DNA of 64,000 bases from Macrostomum lignano. Lineage: Eukaryota. Shown here piece by piece: positions 12,686 to 27,488 of the stretch. The position numbers and the translations under genes were made by a program. A model generated the notes under the pieces. That model searched no databases, had not been told where the DNA came from, and saw only the letters and a list, made by a program, of their open reading frames with translations. Positions within the stretch are counted from its first letter, which is position 1, and each line of letters starts with the position of its first letter. Where the stretch lies: the NCBI GenBank assembly GCA_002269645.1, contig NIVC01000286.1, forward strand, positions 248,001-312,000, written 5' to 3'.

Positions 12686-15600
12686 ATGGACAGAGGCACC
12701 GGGCTGCCCAGCGGCCTGTCGCAGGAGTTCAACCTCACCTGCGCGTCGCCCATTTCTCAACTGATGCGACACCTTCGCAATGAGAGCTCCTGCCGTTTGA
12801 GTCCCGCCGAAAGCAATCTGGAGTTCGTTCTCACATTCTACCTGCCCGCGATTCTCTGCCTCACAGGCCTGTGTCTTAACTCCGTAAACTTCAGCGTGTT
12901 TCGCCGGCAGCATTTTGATGGCCCGGCCTATGCCTACATGGCCGCGATCTCCATGGTTGATGCGCTGTTTCTCGGGATATACTTTGTCTATATCTTGTCG
13001 GCGCTTAGGTGAGCTTCGAAACTGACCTGTTAGATTGTAGCTTGACCTGTTAGATTGTAGCTTAACCTGTTAGATAGTAGCTTGACCTGTTAGATTGTAG
13101 CTTGACCTATTAGATTGTAGCTTGACCTGTTAGGTAGTAGCTTGACCTGTTAGATTGTAGCTTGACCTGTTAGATAGTAGCCTGACCTGTTAGATAGTAG
13201 CTTGACCTGTTAGATTGTAGCTTGACCTGTTAGATTGTAGCTTGACCTGTTAGATAGTAGCTTAACCTGTTAGATTGTAGCTTGACCTGATAGATTGTAG
13301 CTTGACCTGTTAGACACAAGCTTGACCTGTTAGACACAAGCTTGACCTGTTAGACACATTTGTCTCGATCCAGTTGATAAAGTCTGTATAGGAGAGAAAT
13401 TTTCACAAACGAATCATACAGAACTTCAAGAAGCAAAGCCGAGCGCTGATGCGCCAGGCATGCAGAGCAGCAATGAAAAATTCTCATTGCTACCGCTGAG
13501 TCAGGGACCAGATGGATTAAAGATTAAGGGGCGTCAAAGTAATCCGGTACGGATAAAAGGACAAGCATGCCATTAGATAATCTCGTGCATGCCAGTGTTG
13601 CTAAGGAAACAGTAATAAAAAGCGCCATTATGAATTTCATTTTCCTGGCAATTCTATAGAGAGACAATTGTGAATTGATCCGATTTCATTCCGGGATCTC
13701 TCTCTTCCCTGGATGCCAGCGTTTGACAAAGGATTGGAGCGAGTGGCCCTGTCCTACTCAAAACAGACAGAGACCTACTCAAAACTGGCTTAGTTAAGCC
13801 GCAGTGAAAAAAATGAAATGAACCAGAGAAATTAATAGTAATACGTTGAAGAATAGGGAGATATAGTTGAGAATCGATGAGAATCTCAAGAGAGATCGAT
13901 GAGAATCTCAATAGAGATAGATGAGAATCTTAATAGAGATCGATGAGAATCTCAATAGAGATCGATGAGAATCTCAATAGAGATCGATGAGAATCTCAAT
14001 AGAGATCGATGAGAATCTCAATAGAGATCGATGAGAATCTTAATAGAGATCGATGAGAATCTCAATAGAGATCGATGAGAATCTCAATAGAGATCGATGA
14101 GAATCTCAATAGAGATCGATGAGAATCTCAAGAGACATCGATGAGAATCTCAATATAGATCAATCAGAATCTCAATAGAGATCGATGAGAATCTCAATAG
14201 AGATCGATGAGAATCTCAATAGAGATCGATGAGAATCTCAATAGAGATCAATCAGAATCTCAATAAAGATCGATGAGAATCTCAATAGAGATCGATGAGA
14301 ATCTCAATAGAGATCGATGAGAATCTCAATAGAGATCGATGAGAATCTCAATAGAGATCAATCAGAATCTCAATAAAGATCGATGAGAATATCAATAGAG
14401 ATCGATGAGAATCTCAAGAGACATCGATGAGAATCTCAATATAGATCAATCAGAGTTTCAATAGAGATCGATGAGAATCTCAATAGAGATCAATCAGAAT
14501 CTCAATAGTAATCGATGAGAATCTCAATAGTAATCGATGAGAGTCTCAATAGTAATCGATGAGAATCTCAATAGAGATCGATGAGAATCTCAATAGAGAT
14601 CGATGAGAATCTCAATAGAGATCGATGAGAATCTCAATAGAGATCGATGAGAATCTCAAGAGACATCGATGAGAATCTCAATATAGATCAATCAGAATCT
14701 CAATAGAGATCGATGAGAATCTCAAGAGACATCGATGAGAATCTCAATATAGATCAATCAGAGTTTCAATAGAGATCGATGAGAATCTCAATAGAGATCA
14801 ATCAGAATCTCAATAGAGATCGATGAGAATCTCAATAGAGATCAATCAGAATCTCAATAGAGATCGATGAGAATCTCAATAGAGATCAATCAGAATTTCA
14901 ATAGAGATCGATGTGAATCTCAATAGAGATCAATCAGAATTTCAATAGAGATCGATGAGAATCTCAATGGAGATCAATCAGAATCTCAATAGAGATCGAT
15001 GAGAATCTCAAGAGACATCGATGAGAATCTCAATAGAGATCAATCAGAATTTCAATAGAGATCGATGAGAATCTCAATAGAGATCAATCAGAATCTCAAT
15101 AGAGATCGATGAGAATCTCAAGAGACATCGATGAGAATCTCAATAGAGATCAATCAGAATTTCAATAGAGATCGATGAGAATCTCAATAGAGATCGATCA
15201 GAATTTCAATGGAGATCGATGTGAATCTCAATAGAGATCAATCAGAATTTCAATAGAGATCGATGAGAATCTCAATAGAGATCAATCAGAATCTCAATAG
15301 TAATCAATGAGAATCTCAATAGTAATCGATGAGAATCTCAATAGTAATCGATGAGAATCTCAATAGAGATCGATGAGAGTCTAAGAGAGGCTGGTTGGTA
15401 TCTGGGGGGAGATGGAAAATAAGAGATAACTTAAGGGATAAATGGCACAGCGTGATTGATGCACTTTCTCGATTGAAGCTCCACTCGTTCACCTCTGCTG
15501 CTGTTTCTATTTTTGACTCCCATCACTGTCCCAGATTGTCCATAGCTCAGGAAATCACTAATTTCCTATACTACATGGGAGCTGTTTGATACATCAATAG

Positions 15601-17832
15601 CTGGTTGAGCGCCAGCAATATTGAGGGCTACGTCGTATTGCCTAGACGCTGTGGAAAGCAGAGTTTTCCACAATATTATGGCCACATTGATTAGAGAGAG
15701 TTACCTGACAGTGATTTACGATCCATGTGCGCTCACGCAGATGCATAGTACTTTGCCCTATCGATGATAAAATAACCGATAGAAGCTTGATGAGTTAATT
15801 GTTACAGTCGATACGAGCTCAATGCGATTAATAAATCAAATGATTGGATATGTCTTTATTTCTATTTTTACCTTGAAACAATGGCAAATATTTTGGCAAG
15901 TACAAAATCAAATACACGCATGCAGGACTGTGGGAGGTAGCGGCACATCAAAAGGCTATGGGAGGTAGCGGTATATCAAAGGAATGCGTGGGGGTTGCGG
16001 TACATCAAAGGACTGCATAGGAGATAGCGGCGCATCAAAGGACTGCATAGAAGGTAGCGGTAGATCAAAGGACTGCATAGAAGGTAGCGGTAGATCAAAG
16101 GACTGCATAGAAGGTAGCGGTAGATCAAAGGACTGCATATTATGTTGCGGCACATCAAAGGACTCCATAGGAGATAGCGGCACATCAAAGGACTGCATAG
16201 AAGGTAGCGGCACATCAAAGGACTGCATAGGAAATAGCGGTACATCAAAGGACTGCATAGGAGATAGCGGAGCATCAAAGGACTGCATAGGAAATAGTGG
16301 TAAATCAAAGGACTGCATTTTATGTAGCGGCACATCAAAGGACTCCATAGGAGATAACGGCGCATCAAAGGACTGCATAGGAAATAGCGGTACATCAAAG
16401 GACTGACAGTGAGAGCATTGAACCATTTTCAGATCAAAGCAAAAAACTCCTAAACACCTGCAACCCCAACCCGTCTCACAGGTGCTGGGACCACCCAGGT
16501 CGCTGGCCCTGCGGCACGGAGACTTTTGCCTACATCCAAGGCGGCCTGGTGTACCTGGGCGTCTACTTCACCAACACGCTGAACTTCACGCTGCAGACGA
16601 TCTGCTCCTGGCTGACTGTCATTCTTGGACTCGAACGCTACCTGGCTATGAAATATTTCCATTTCAGGCGAACCCGCTGTCACCGCACGGACACCAAGTT
16701 GACTATTGTGATTGTGTGCGTCATCAGTCTGTTATTGAACCTGCCCAACTCGTTCCATTCGCGAATTGTTCTTCGAACTCGTCAGAATCCAATTACCAAT
16801 GCCACCAGAAAGGTGCTCAGCATTGAGCAGACTCAGTTTGGCAGTTCCACAGACTACAGTGTTTACTCGATTTTGAAGCTCGGCTTGTCAGCCATTGTGC
16901 CGTTCATTGTGCTGGCCGTGAACAACACCTTGCTGCTGTACCTGGTGCTCAATCACCAACGAAAAAACTACGCTAACCGTCAGAAGTACCTGTCTGTTAA
17001 GCGCGCCTCCAAGGTGCTTCAAGCTTCGTTGAACAGAATTCAGGCGCAGAAGAACCTGACAATCCTGCTGATTGTCGTCATCTTCGTGTTCCTCCTCGGC
17101 CAGGTGCCCAGGTCGCTGCTGATGAAGGACATCTTCTCCTACATCTACTCGGCCTGTCCGTGCGGCAACACTCTGCTGTGGATCTGCTGCCCGATGTATC
17201 GCCGCCTGCATCCGGTCTGTGAGATCGTCTACCTGCTCTGTCTCAACCTGAACTTCTTCATCTACGTCTCGCTGAACAAGCACTTCCGGTCGCACATCCG
17301 AATGGGCCTGGCGCCCTGTCTGGCGGCCTGCTTCGGCGGCGCTAGCGGTGCAGCGGCCAACGCCAACGTTGCTACTGCTGCTGCCGCTGCCGGCGCCGCC
17401 GCCGCCCCGGGCCGCGTCAACCAAGACATCCAGCTGGACCTATTCTCAGCCGTTGGCGGCACCACCTGCGACTGCAGCCAGCAGGATGTGGACGAAATGA
17501 TGGACGCTTTGAAAGAGACAACCGCGGCGACGCCGATGGCGCACCTGCCGCTGGCGCAGGCGCGCTGCCTGACGCCGCCGAATATCATCTACGAGATCCC
17601 GGCCAATGGCAGCCCGACGGCGCAGCGCCGGCACTCCTGCGTGGCGCTGAGTCAGAAGCTGGCGAACTCGGTGCTGCACAGCATGCTGCACGACTGCCCA
17701 GCCAGCGGCGCGAGCTCCGCCTTGCTCGCCGCCAGCTGCCACCAGGGCAACCGGCCAGACGACGGATTCGGCCCCAGGGAGGAGCTGGACGACCTGTTGG
17801 GCCGCAGGACCGTGATGGTCAGCCAGCTGTGA
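12686..17832 (+). CDS. Class A GPCR, FMRFamide/sex-peptide-receptor-like; 2 exons (12686-13008, 16482-17832), ~557 aa
   Basis: N-glycosylated N-terminus (NLT, NES), TM1 GLCLNSVNF, TM2 ISMVDAL, TM3 LGLERYLAM, TM6 FLLGQVP, TM7 LNFFIYVSLNKHFR. Donor AG|GTGAG at 13009 and acceptor ACAG|G at 16481 are both phase 2; the joined 1674 nt are in frame. Confidence 0.9.
13023..13337. repeat. Intronic 20-bp minisatellite
   Basis: GACCTGTTAGATTGTAGCTT, ~15 copies. Confidence 0.95.
13876..15378. repeat. Intronic 22-bp minisatellite, ~1.5 kb
   Basis: AGATCGATGAGAATCTCAATAG with variant AGATCAATCAGAAT(C/T)TCAATAG. Confidence 0.97.
15930..16404. repeat. Intronic 30-bp minisatellite
   Basis: CATCAAAGGACTGCATAGGAGATAGCGGCG and variants, ~15 copies. 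Confidence 0.95.
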
Positions 17833-18049
17833 CTGTGACTGTGACAACTCAACGCCGCGTGAGCAGTGCGACTCGAAGCTAATAATTGTTTATGAATTTT
17901 TTCTCGGATAGACACACCATATGCAGACATCTGATTTGCCTCGCTCATTGTTTCCTCTGATGGACACAAAAACTGGTTGCAGACTCATTTTACTGGAGTT
18001 CTCATTGTAGACACCTGTGTATCGCATTATCTTGTCTCAGCATATCTGT

Positions 18050-18425
18050 ACTATTTTAGTGGGGTAGCGGCAACATCAAAGTGGGTAGAATTAAAGCAAC
18101 AGTCTACTGATTTTCGTGGAGTAGAGGCAACATCAAAGGCGGTAGAATTAAAGTAACTATCATTGATTTTCGTGGGGGTGGCGGCAACATCAAAGGCGGT
18201 AGAATTAAAGTAACTATTATTGATTTTCGTGGGGTGGCGGCAACACCAAAGGCGGTAGAATTAAAGCAACAGTCTACTGATTTTCGTGGAGTAGCGGCAA
18301 TATCAAAGGCGTAAAATTAAAGTAACTATCATTGATTTTCGTGGGGGTGGCGGCAACATCAAAGACGGTAGAATTAAAGTAATTATCATTGATTTTCGTG
18401 GGGTGGCAGCAATATCAAAGGTGGT
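18050..18425. repeat. ~57-bp minisatellite
   Basis: GT(A/G)GCGGCAACATCAAAGGCGGTAGAATTAAAGTAACTATCATTGATTTTCGTGGG; unit starts near 18064, 18121, 18178, 18234, 18291, 18348 and 18404. Confidence 0.93.
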
Positions 18426-18989
18426 AAAAATTTTAACCAGCTGATGAACCATGAATGTGTAATACATGTAATACTTAGTAAATAATCATTTTGCTTCGCT
18501 TTTATTGTGTATTTTTTTAAAAACACTTAAGCCAGCTGCTTAATAACGCAACGAACAGATGTACTTTTTTAGCCTCGTCACTCGTGACTTTTTTGCCCTT
18601 GCGTGCACAGTGCCGGCATTATTTAAAGCCGTGTTTTCTGGTATTTACAATATGCCAGAATAAACTCAATGTTTTTCACGGAGTTCTAAAAATACACATC
18701 TCTTAGCAGCTGCGCGAGATTTCGGAGAGAAACTGGGCTCCGGGCATCGGTTGGAGCAACATCTATTATAGATTTAGTCAAGTCTCTCCAGTTTCCATAG
18801 TTTTTTCTGCCCGACCGACATTATGATTCTAAGTCAGCGAGGGCCGCCATGTATAACTGAATATGCAAATTTTTTGGAGAGATTTCTGCGAGAAAGAAAT
18901 TAATGATTTTATCTCGCACCAGTAAGTGAATGATGACTGCATTGCATGAATGCTTAACAGTAAAAAAAAACAGATTTCATGCGCGCTCA

Positions 18990-19495
18990 CTCATGAGTGG
19001 GTTTATGCGTGAGTTCATGAGTGAGTTCATGAGTGAGTTCATGAGTGAGTTCATGAGTGAGTTCATGACTGAGTTCATGAGTGAGTTCATGAGTGAGTTC
19101 ATGAGTGAGTTCATGAGTGAGTTCATAAGTGAGTTCATAAGTGAGTTCATGAGTGAGTTCATGAGTGAGTTCATGAGTGAGTTCATGAGTGAGTTCATGA
19201 GTGAGTTCATGCGTGAGTTCATGAGTGAGTTCATGAGTGAGTTCATAAGTGAGTTCATAAGTGAGTTCATGAGTGAGTTCATGAGTGAGTTCATGAGTGA
19301 GTTCATGAGTGAGTTCATGAGTGAGTTCATGAGTGAGTTCATGAGTGAGTTCATGAGTGAGTTCATGAGTGAGTTTATGAGCGAGTTCATGAGTGAGTTT
19401 ATGAGTGAGTTCATGAGTGAGTTCATGAGTGAGTTCATGAGTGAGTTCATGAGTGAGTTTATGAGTGAGTTCATGAGTGAGTTCATGAGTGAGTC
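18990..19495. repeat. 12-bp repeat
   Basis: (GAGTGAGTTCAT)n. Confidence 0.97.
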
Positions 19496-19974
19496 AGTAT
19501 GTAGAGATTGGCAATTGGGCTTGGCAAAAGCAACTGATGGAGCAATATGGAAATTATTGGATAATCGAATGCGATGAAGCGGAAACAGATGCAGGAACGG
19601 CAGGATAAGCGATAAAGGTGAGGACACTGACTGAGATTATCAGGGAAATAAGTGGAAAATAAAGTGGGGATTTCCCCAAGCAGCAGCTTGTCGTTTTCCA
19701 GCCGTTTTGCGCTGACATTGGCGGTGGGAGCACTTCTTGCCAATGCATCCCTAATCTTCAGGCCCAAGATAAGCCACGGTCAATCATTTAATCTGCTCAA
19801 ACAGGAAATTATGAGATTTATTAGCCAAAATCTGCAAGAGAGGATTTATGCTAAAACTTAAATTCGAGTACTGTAAATTAATGTATTCATAATTTTTATT
19901 CTTCGGGTGTCGGAACGCTACGTTTTAAGCGATTAAGGATGTCTAATCTCTTGAAATGTGAATTCAGTCTCTTG

Positions 19975-20850
19975 ATGTCTGAATCTACTCTCTTAATCTG
20001 TTAATCTAGTGTCTTGATCTGTTAATCTAGTCTCTTGATCTGTGAATCTAGTGTCTTGATCTGTTAATCTAGTCTCTTGATCTGTGAATCTAGTCTCTTA
20101 AACTGTTAATCTAGTCTCTTGATCTGTGAATCTAGTCTCTTAATCTGTGAATCTAGTGTCTTGATCTGTTAATCTAGTGTCTTGATCTGTTAATCTAGTG
20201 TCTTGATCTGTTAATCTAGTGTCTTGATCTGTGAATCTAGTCTCTTGATCTGTTAATCTAGTCTCTTGATCTGTGAATCTAGTCTCTTGATCTGTTAATC
20301 TAGTGTCTTGATCTGTTAATCTAGTGTCTTGATCTGTTAATCTAGTCTCTTAATCTGTTAATCTAGTGTCTTGATCTGTTAATCTAGTGTCTTGATCTGT
20401 GAATCTAGTCTCTTGATCTGTTAATCTAGTCTCTTGATCTGTGAATCTAGTCTCTTGATCTGTTAATCTAGTGTCTTGATCTGTTAATCTAGTGTCTTGA
20501 TCTGTTAATCTAGTCTCTTAATCTGTTAATCTAGTGTCTTGATCTGTTAATCTAGTCTCTTAATCTGTTAATCTAGTGTCTTGATCTGTTAATCTAGTGT
20601 CTTGATCTGTTAATCTAGTCTCTTAATCTGTTAATCTAGTGTCTTGATCTGTTAATCTAGTGTCTTGATCTGTTAATCTAGTGTCTTGATCTGTTAATCT
20701 AGTGTCTTGATCTGTTAATCTAGTGTCTTGATCTGTTAATCTAGTGTCTTGATCTGTTAATCTAGTGTCTTGATCTGTTAATCTAGTGTCTTGATCTGTT
20801 AATCTAGTCTCTTGATCTGTGAATCTAGTCTCTTGATGTCTGAATCTAAT
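19975..20850. repeat. 21-bp minisatellite
   Basis: TTAATCTAGTGTCTTGATCTG and variants, ~40 copies. Confidence 0.97.
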
Positions 20851-21509
20851 CTCTGAATATGGCCATCTACTTTTGGAAGATTGCTTTAATCTAGTCGATG
20901 TCTACACCTATAATGCAGTTCCTTGTGTGCAGTTCCTTTGTCAACCTTAACTGTCAGAACCAACTGATCAACAATACATACCTGTATGTATAAAGGACAA
21001 TATGTACCTGCAGTGCTAAAACTAATGCTCATGGATCCATGGCGTCACTAAGATGCCCTCGGGCATGACACATCGCTATCGACCGAACGCGTGACAGTTG
21101 ACTCTTTTTCTGCCTGTCTCAAAGTTTCTTGTCTACAATGTAGCATTTCTAAAGCATTTCAATTATTATTATATAGTGCAATTTGAGCTTTATCATGCTG
21201 AATTGCAGCAACCCTTGCGCCTGACTGCACCACGTCTTAGCTGTTCTAAAACACCTGTCTGTCCATTTTGTCCAGGTGCAATTCTGCTTCAACTTCTCAA
21301 TCAATACGTTTGACAGGGTTATAATTTATTAAATTTCCATCGTTTAGGAGTTCCATAATATCATCTTTCTTCATTTTCATTGCTCCCTCTAGGCCTCTAT
21401 TCCTCTAGACTGTTGAGAAACCGAATCCCATTTCCTGTTTCCTTAATTATATTCTTTTCATTCTCTAAGTCTGTGTATCGAGAAAATTTTACCTACGGGT
21501 GTATGTTTC

Positions 21510-22130
21510 TCTACCTCTCTCCTGCCTCTCTACCTGCCTCTATCTGCCTCTCTATCTGCCTCTCTACTTATCTCTCTACCTGCCTCTCTATCTTCCTCTC
21601 TATCTGCCTCTCTATCTACCTTTCTATCTGCCTTTCTATCTGCCTCTCTATCTGCCTCTCTATCTGCCTCTCTATCTGCCTCTCTATCTGCCTCTCTATC
21701 TACCTTTCTACCTGCCTCTCTATCTGCCTCTCTATCTGCCTCTCTATCTACCTCTTTATCTTTCCTCTCTATCTGCCTCTCTATCTGCCTCTCTATCTAC
21801 CTTTCTATCTGCCTCTCTATCTGCCTCTCTATCTGCCTCTCTATCTACCTCTTTATCTTTCCTCTCTATCTGCCTCTCTATCTACCTCTTTATCTGCCTC
21901 TCTATCTGAATCTCTATCTGCCTCTCTATCTGCCTCTCTATCTGCCTCTCTATCTGCCTCTCTATCTGCCTCTCTATCTGCCTCTCTATCTGCCTCTCTA
22001 TCTGCCTCTCTATCTGCCTCTCTATCTGCCTCTCTATCTGCCTCTCTATCTGCCTCTCTATCTGCCTCTCTATCTCCCTCTCTATCTGCCTCTCTACCTG
22101 CCTCTCTATCTGCCTCTCTATCTGCCTCTC
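21510..22130. repeat. 12-bp repeat
   Basis: (TCTATCTGCCTC)n. Confidence 0.97.
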
Positions 22131-22935
22131 TAGCTGCATCCTTAGCTCCGAGTTCACTCGCACTCGCTAGTCTCTAATCTTCACTGTCTGTCTTCGCTCT
22201 AGAAAATCTCAAATTTCAATCCCTCGAGAAAGATTCTCGAACCCATAGCTAAACCATACTCATCCAGCCAGCAAAATTGCTATTATTGATCTGATGATCT
22301 CAATTGTCATGCAATTTTCAAAGTACTTTTAACGTCTGAACCAGAGTCTACAAAAAAATAGTATAAGTCGAGCTGCATGCCATCTTTCTATAGCCCAAGT
22401 ACCCAAGTTCAACTGTCGGTATACGCTATATATGCCACGGGTTTTAGTCATTGAACGCATATGTATACCAGTTTTCTTTTGAAACTTTACAACAACAATC
22501 CGGCCCGCTTAAGGTTTGTGTCTCTTCTCAGCTCTCTTCTCTCTTCTCTCTCTCTCACCCAAATCTATTCTCTTCTCTCCCCCTCCTCTGGTCCGCAGTC
22601 ATGCGCTAAGCTCTCTATCCGGCCCTTGAGGTAAAAAAGATGAAGGAGGCTGGGGCCGCAATAGTCGAGCCTCGAGTGGAAAGGAGAGGAGAGGAGAGGA
22701 GAGAGAAGGCCTCAACAACTGAGCTCAACAGGCTTCTACTGACAAATTAAGCCTATTTTTCTTCCCAATTCTCAAAGCTAGCTTTAGTGTATGCTCAACT
22801 AATCCTTTAACTGCTCAGTGAGGTCAGTTGTTCAGTGTCCATGCACGGCACTGGTTTGCTTTAAATAGTTATATATGCATGAAAATGTTGTTTTGACTGT
22901 AATATTTGACCCACTTTACTGCTAAACTGCTAAAG

Positions 22936-23353
22936 TGGCGCCTCAGATGGCGTCTCAGATGGCGCCTCAAATGGCACCTGAGATGGCGCCTTAGATGGCA
23001 AAATGGATGGCGCCTCAGATGGCACCTGAGATGGCGCCTCAGATGGTGCCCCAGTCACACTGAATAGTAGAGCCCCTAAATTCCATTAGCATCAAATGGC
23101 GCCTCAGATGGTGCCCCAGTCACACTGAATAGTAGAGCCCCTAAATTCCATTAGCATCAAATGGCGCCTCAGATGGTGCCCCAGTCACACTGAATAGTAG
23201 AGCCCCTAAATTCCATTAGCATCAAATGGCGCCTCAGATGGTGCCCCAGTCACACTGAATAGTAGAGCCCCTAAATTCCATTAGCATCAAATGGCGCCTC
23301 AGATGGTGCCCCAGTCACACTGAATAGTAGAGCCCCTAAATTCCATTAGCATC
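22936..23353. repeat. ~12-bp ATGGCGCCTCAG array followed by five 65-bp units
   Basis: The AGATGGTGCC register recurs at 23041, 23106, 23171, 23236 and 23301. Confidence 0.95.
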
Positions 23354-23671
23354 ATTTCAAAATGGCCTCCACAGTTGGCTGTCAGCTGTTCTTCTCATCG
23401 TGGGAAAAGAGGATTTCATGCCCGGCGGTTCCGACTGATGGTTGGGACAGTGAGGAAGAAAGGGGATGCGGCAGGGAAATCAATTAGGTGGAGCAGGAAA
23501 CTGGCAGACGACAGACGAAAAAAATGCTGGGCATCCTGCTTGGGCAGATGAGAATTGACGGGTTCTCACGGACGCTGCTGGCATGGGGATCATTGATCGA
23601 TACGGGACCGGAACGGAAGCACGCGCTTCGATAACCACTTGATGGGAAATGGGAATGATGGGAGATGAGAA

Positions 23672-24535
<864 letters not shown>

Positions 24536-24989
24536 GTGCAGCTCGCAGGCTCTCCCTGCAGTCCTGGAGTAGTCGCTCAGCGCATTTTGTTTCGCAATTG
24601 AGCATGGAAAAACGAAAAAATCTCTAATTGGATTGAGTTGAGTTTAGCGCTCACTGAGCCGCTTGCCAGCACTCCAAAAATGGCTATAGCAGCTTTTTTC
24701 AACCCTCAGACCTGTGCCGCTTGCACACCCTCACCGCCGCTCACGTGCTCAGCCAGAATCTTCCTTGAAACGCCCTGTTTAACAGCGGTTAGCATCGATC
24801 CCCCCGCCTATACCCCTTCCAGCTCTGGGCCGCTGGCGAAGCTGCAAGCCTTGCTGCCGATGAGGGAATTGAGCTACTCAGAAAAGCTCTTGATGCCCGG
24901 GCCCCCCGTCTCCAGCCAGCATTGACTATTCAGAGCGCAATCGCTTCTGGCACTGCCAAGCCTAACAGCCATTTCACTCCTCAATTTCA

Positions 24990-26760
24990 CCACTCTACCC
25001 CCTTCTCCTTCTCTCACTCTACCCCCCTACTCCATCTCTCACTCTACCCCCCTACTCCATCTCTCACTCTACCCCCCTACTCCGTCTCTCACTCTACCCC
25101 CCTACTCCATCTCTCACTCTACCCCCCTACTCCATCTCTCACTCTACCCCCCTACTCCATCTCTCACTCTACCCCCCTACTCCTTCTCTCACTCTACCCC
25201 TACTCCTTCTCTCACTCTACCCCCTACTCCATCTCTCACTCTACCCCCTACTCCATCTCTCACTCTACCCCCCTACTCCATCTCTCACTCTACCCCCCTA
25301 CTCCATCTCTCACTCTACCCCCTACTCCTTCTCTCACTCTACCCCCTACTCCTTCTCTCACTCTACCCTCTCTACTCCATCTCTCACTCTACCCCCCTAC
25401 TCCGTCTCTCACTCTACCCCCCCTACTCCATCTCTCACTCTACCCCCCTACTCCATCTCTCACTCTACCCCCTACTCCATCTCTCACTCTACCCCCTACT
25501 CCTTCTCTCACTCTACCCCCCTACTCCTTCTCTCACTCTACCCCCTACTCCTTCTCTCACTCTACCCCCCTACTCCATCTCTCACTCTACCCCCTACTCC
25601 ATCTCTCACTCTACCCCCCTACTCCATCTCTCACTCTACCCCCCTACTCCATCTCTCACTCTACCCCCTACTCCATCTCTCACTCTACCCCCTACTCCAT
25701 CTCTCACTCTACCCCCTACTCCATCTCTCACTCTACCCCCCTACTCCATCTCTCACTCTACCCCCCTACTCCTTCTCTCACTCTACCCCCTACTCCATCT
25801 CTCACTCTACCCCCTACTCCGTCTCTCACTCTACCCCCTACTCCATCTCTCACTCTACCCCCTACTCCGTCTCTCACTCTACCCCTACTCCTTCTCTCAC
25901 TCTACCCCCTACTCCATCTCTCACTCTACCCCCTACTCCATCTCTCACTCTACCCCCCTACTCCATCTCTCACTCTACCCCCCTACTCCATCTCTCACTC
26001 TACCCCCCTACTCCATCTCTCACTCTACCCCTACTCCTTCTCTCACTCTACCCCCTACTCCTTCTCTCACTCTACCCCCTACTCCGTCTCTCACTCTACC
26101 CCCCTACTCCATCTCTCACTCTACCCCCTACTCCATCTCTCACTCTACCCCCTACTCCTTCTCTCACTCTACCCCCTACTCCTTCTCTCACTCTACCCTC
26201 TCTACTCCATCTCTCACTCTACCCCCTACTCCGTCTCTCACTCTACCCCCCTACTCCATCTCTCACTCTACCCCCCTACTCCATCTCTCACTCTACCCCC
26301 TACTCCATCTCTCACTCTACCCCCTACTCCTTCTCTCACTCTACCCCCTACTCCTTCTCTCACTCTACCCCCCTACTCCATCTCTCACTCTACCCCCTAC
26401 TCCATCTCTCACTCTACCCCCTACTCCATCTCTCACTCTACCCCCTACTCCATCTCTCACTCTACCCCCTACTCCATCTCTCACTCTACCCCCTACTCCA
26501 TCTCTCACTCTACCCCCCTACTCCATCTCTCACTCTACCCCCTACTCCGTCTCTCACTCTACCCCCCTACTCCTTCTCTCACTCTACCCCCTACTCCTTC
26601 TCTCACTCTACCCCCTACTCCTTCTCTCACTCTACCCCCTACTCCTTCTCTCACTCTACCCTCTCTACTCCATCTCTCACTCTACCCTCGCTACTTCATC
26701 TCTCACTCTACCCTCGCTACTTCATCTCTCACTCTACCCTCTATTCTCCATCTCTTACTC
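24990..26760. repeat. Pyrimidine-rich 22-24-bp minisatellite
   Basis: CTACTCCATCTCTCACTCTACCCC(C); unit length varies in the C-run. Confidence 0.97.
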
Positions 26761-27271
26761 AATACTCTCACACTCCACCTCTCACCCTACCCTCTATATC
26801 GCTCCATCTCACACTCCACACTCTCTATCACTCCATCTCCGCTCGATCTCCATTTCTCACGTGTCCGCTTCTCTGAAACCATTTTTTTACTGACAGACTC
26901 TTCTGACGCGAGTCACTCGCTCTAAGAGACCTGTACTTATCGCATTCATCCACTGCATGCATTTATCCTTTCCTTAATCACCCTCTGTACTCGCATTTCT
27001 ACAGAAGATCCTCTCTAGCCAAATCCGCCACGAGGGTTACGCAGCGCTTATTTAGAAGTGTCAAACAAGACAGTCAGCTGAGATCTTGAGTGCGCTTTGC
27101 CCCCCCCGTCGTAGGCAGAATAAGAGGGAAGGAATTTGGTGAACTCTTGCAGCTGTCGCTCATCGGGTAAACTGTCTGTGAGCCAAATCGATTGAATACA
27201 GGCCTTGCTTGACACTTTTTCCCCTTGCTTTGGGGAGGATTCAGGTCTGGGTTCTGTCTGTAGTGCCTTCG

Positions 27272-27488
<217 letters not shown>

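Noticed and set aside
24638-24925. GC-rich 95-aa ORF between two repeat arrays
   Set aside because: No recognisable motif in any frame and no convincing splice sites.
27048-27260. Non-repetitive tail of a minus-strand ORF next to (GTCT)n
   Set aside because: No acceptor with a pyrimidine tract and no domain similarity.
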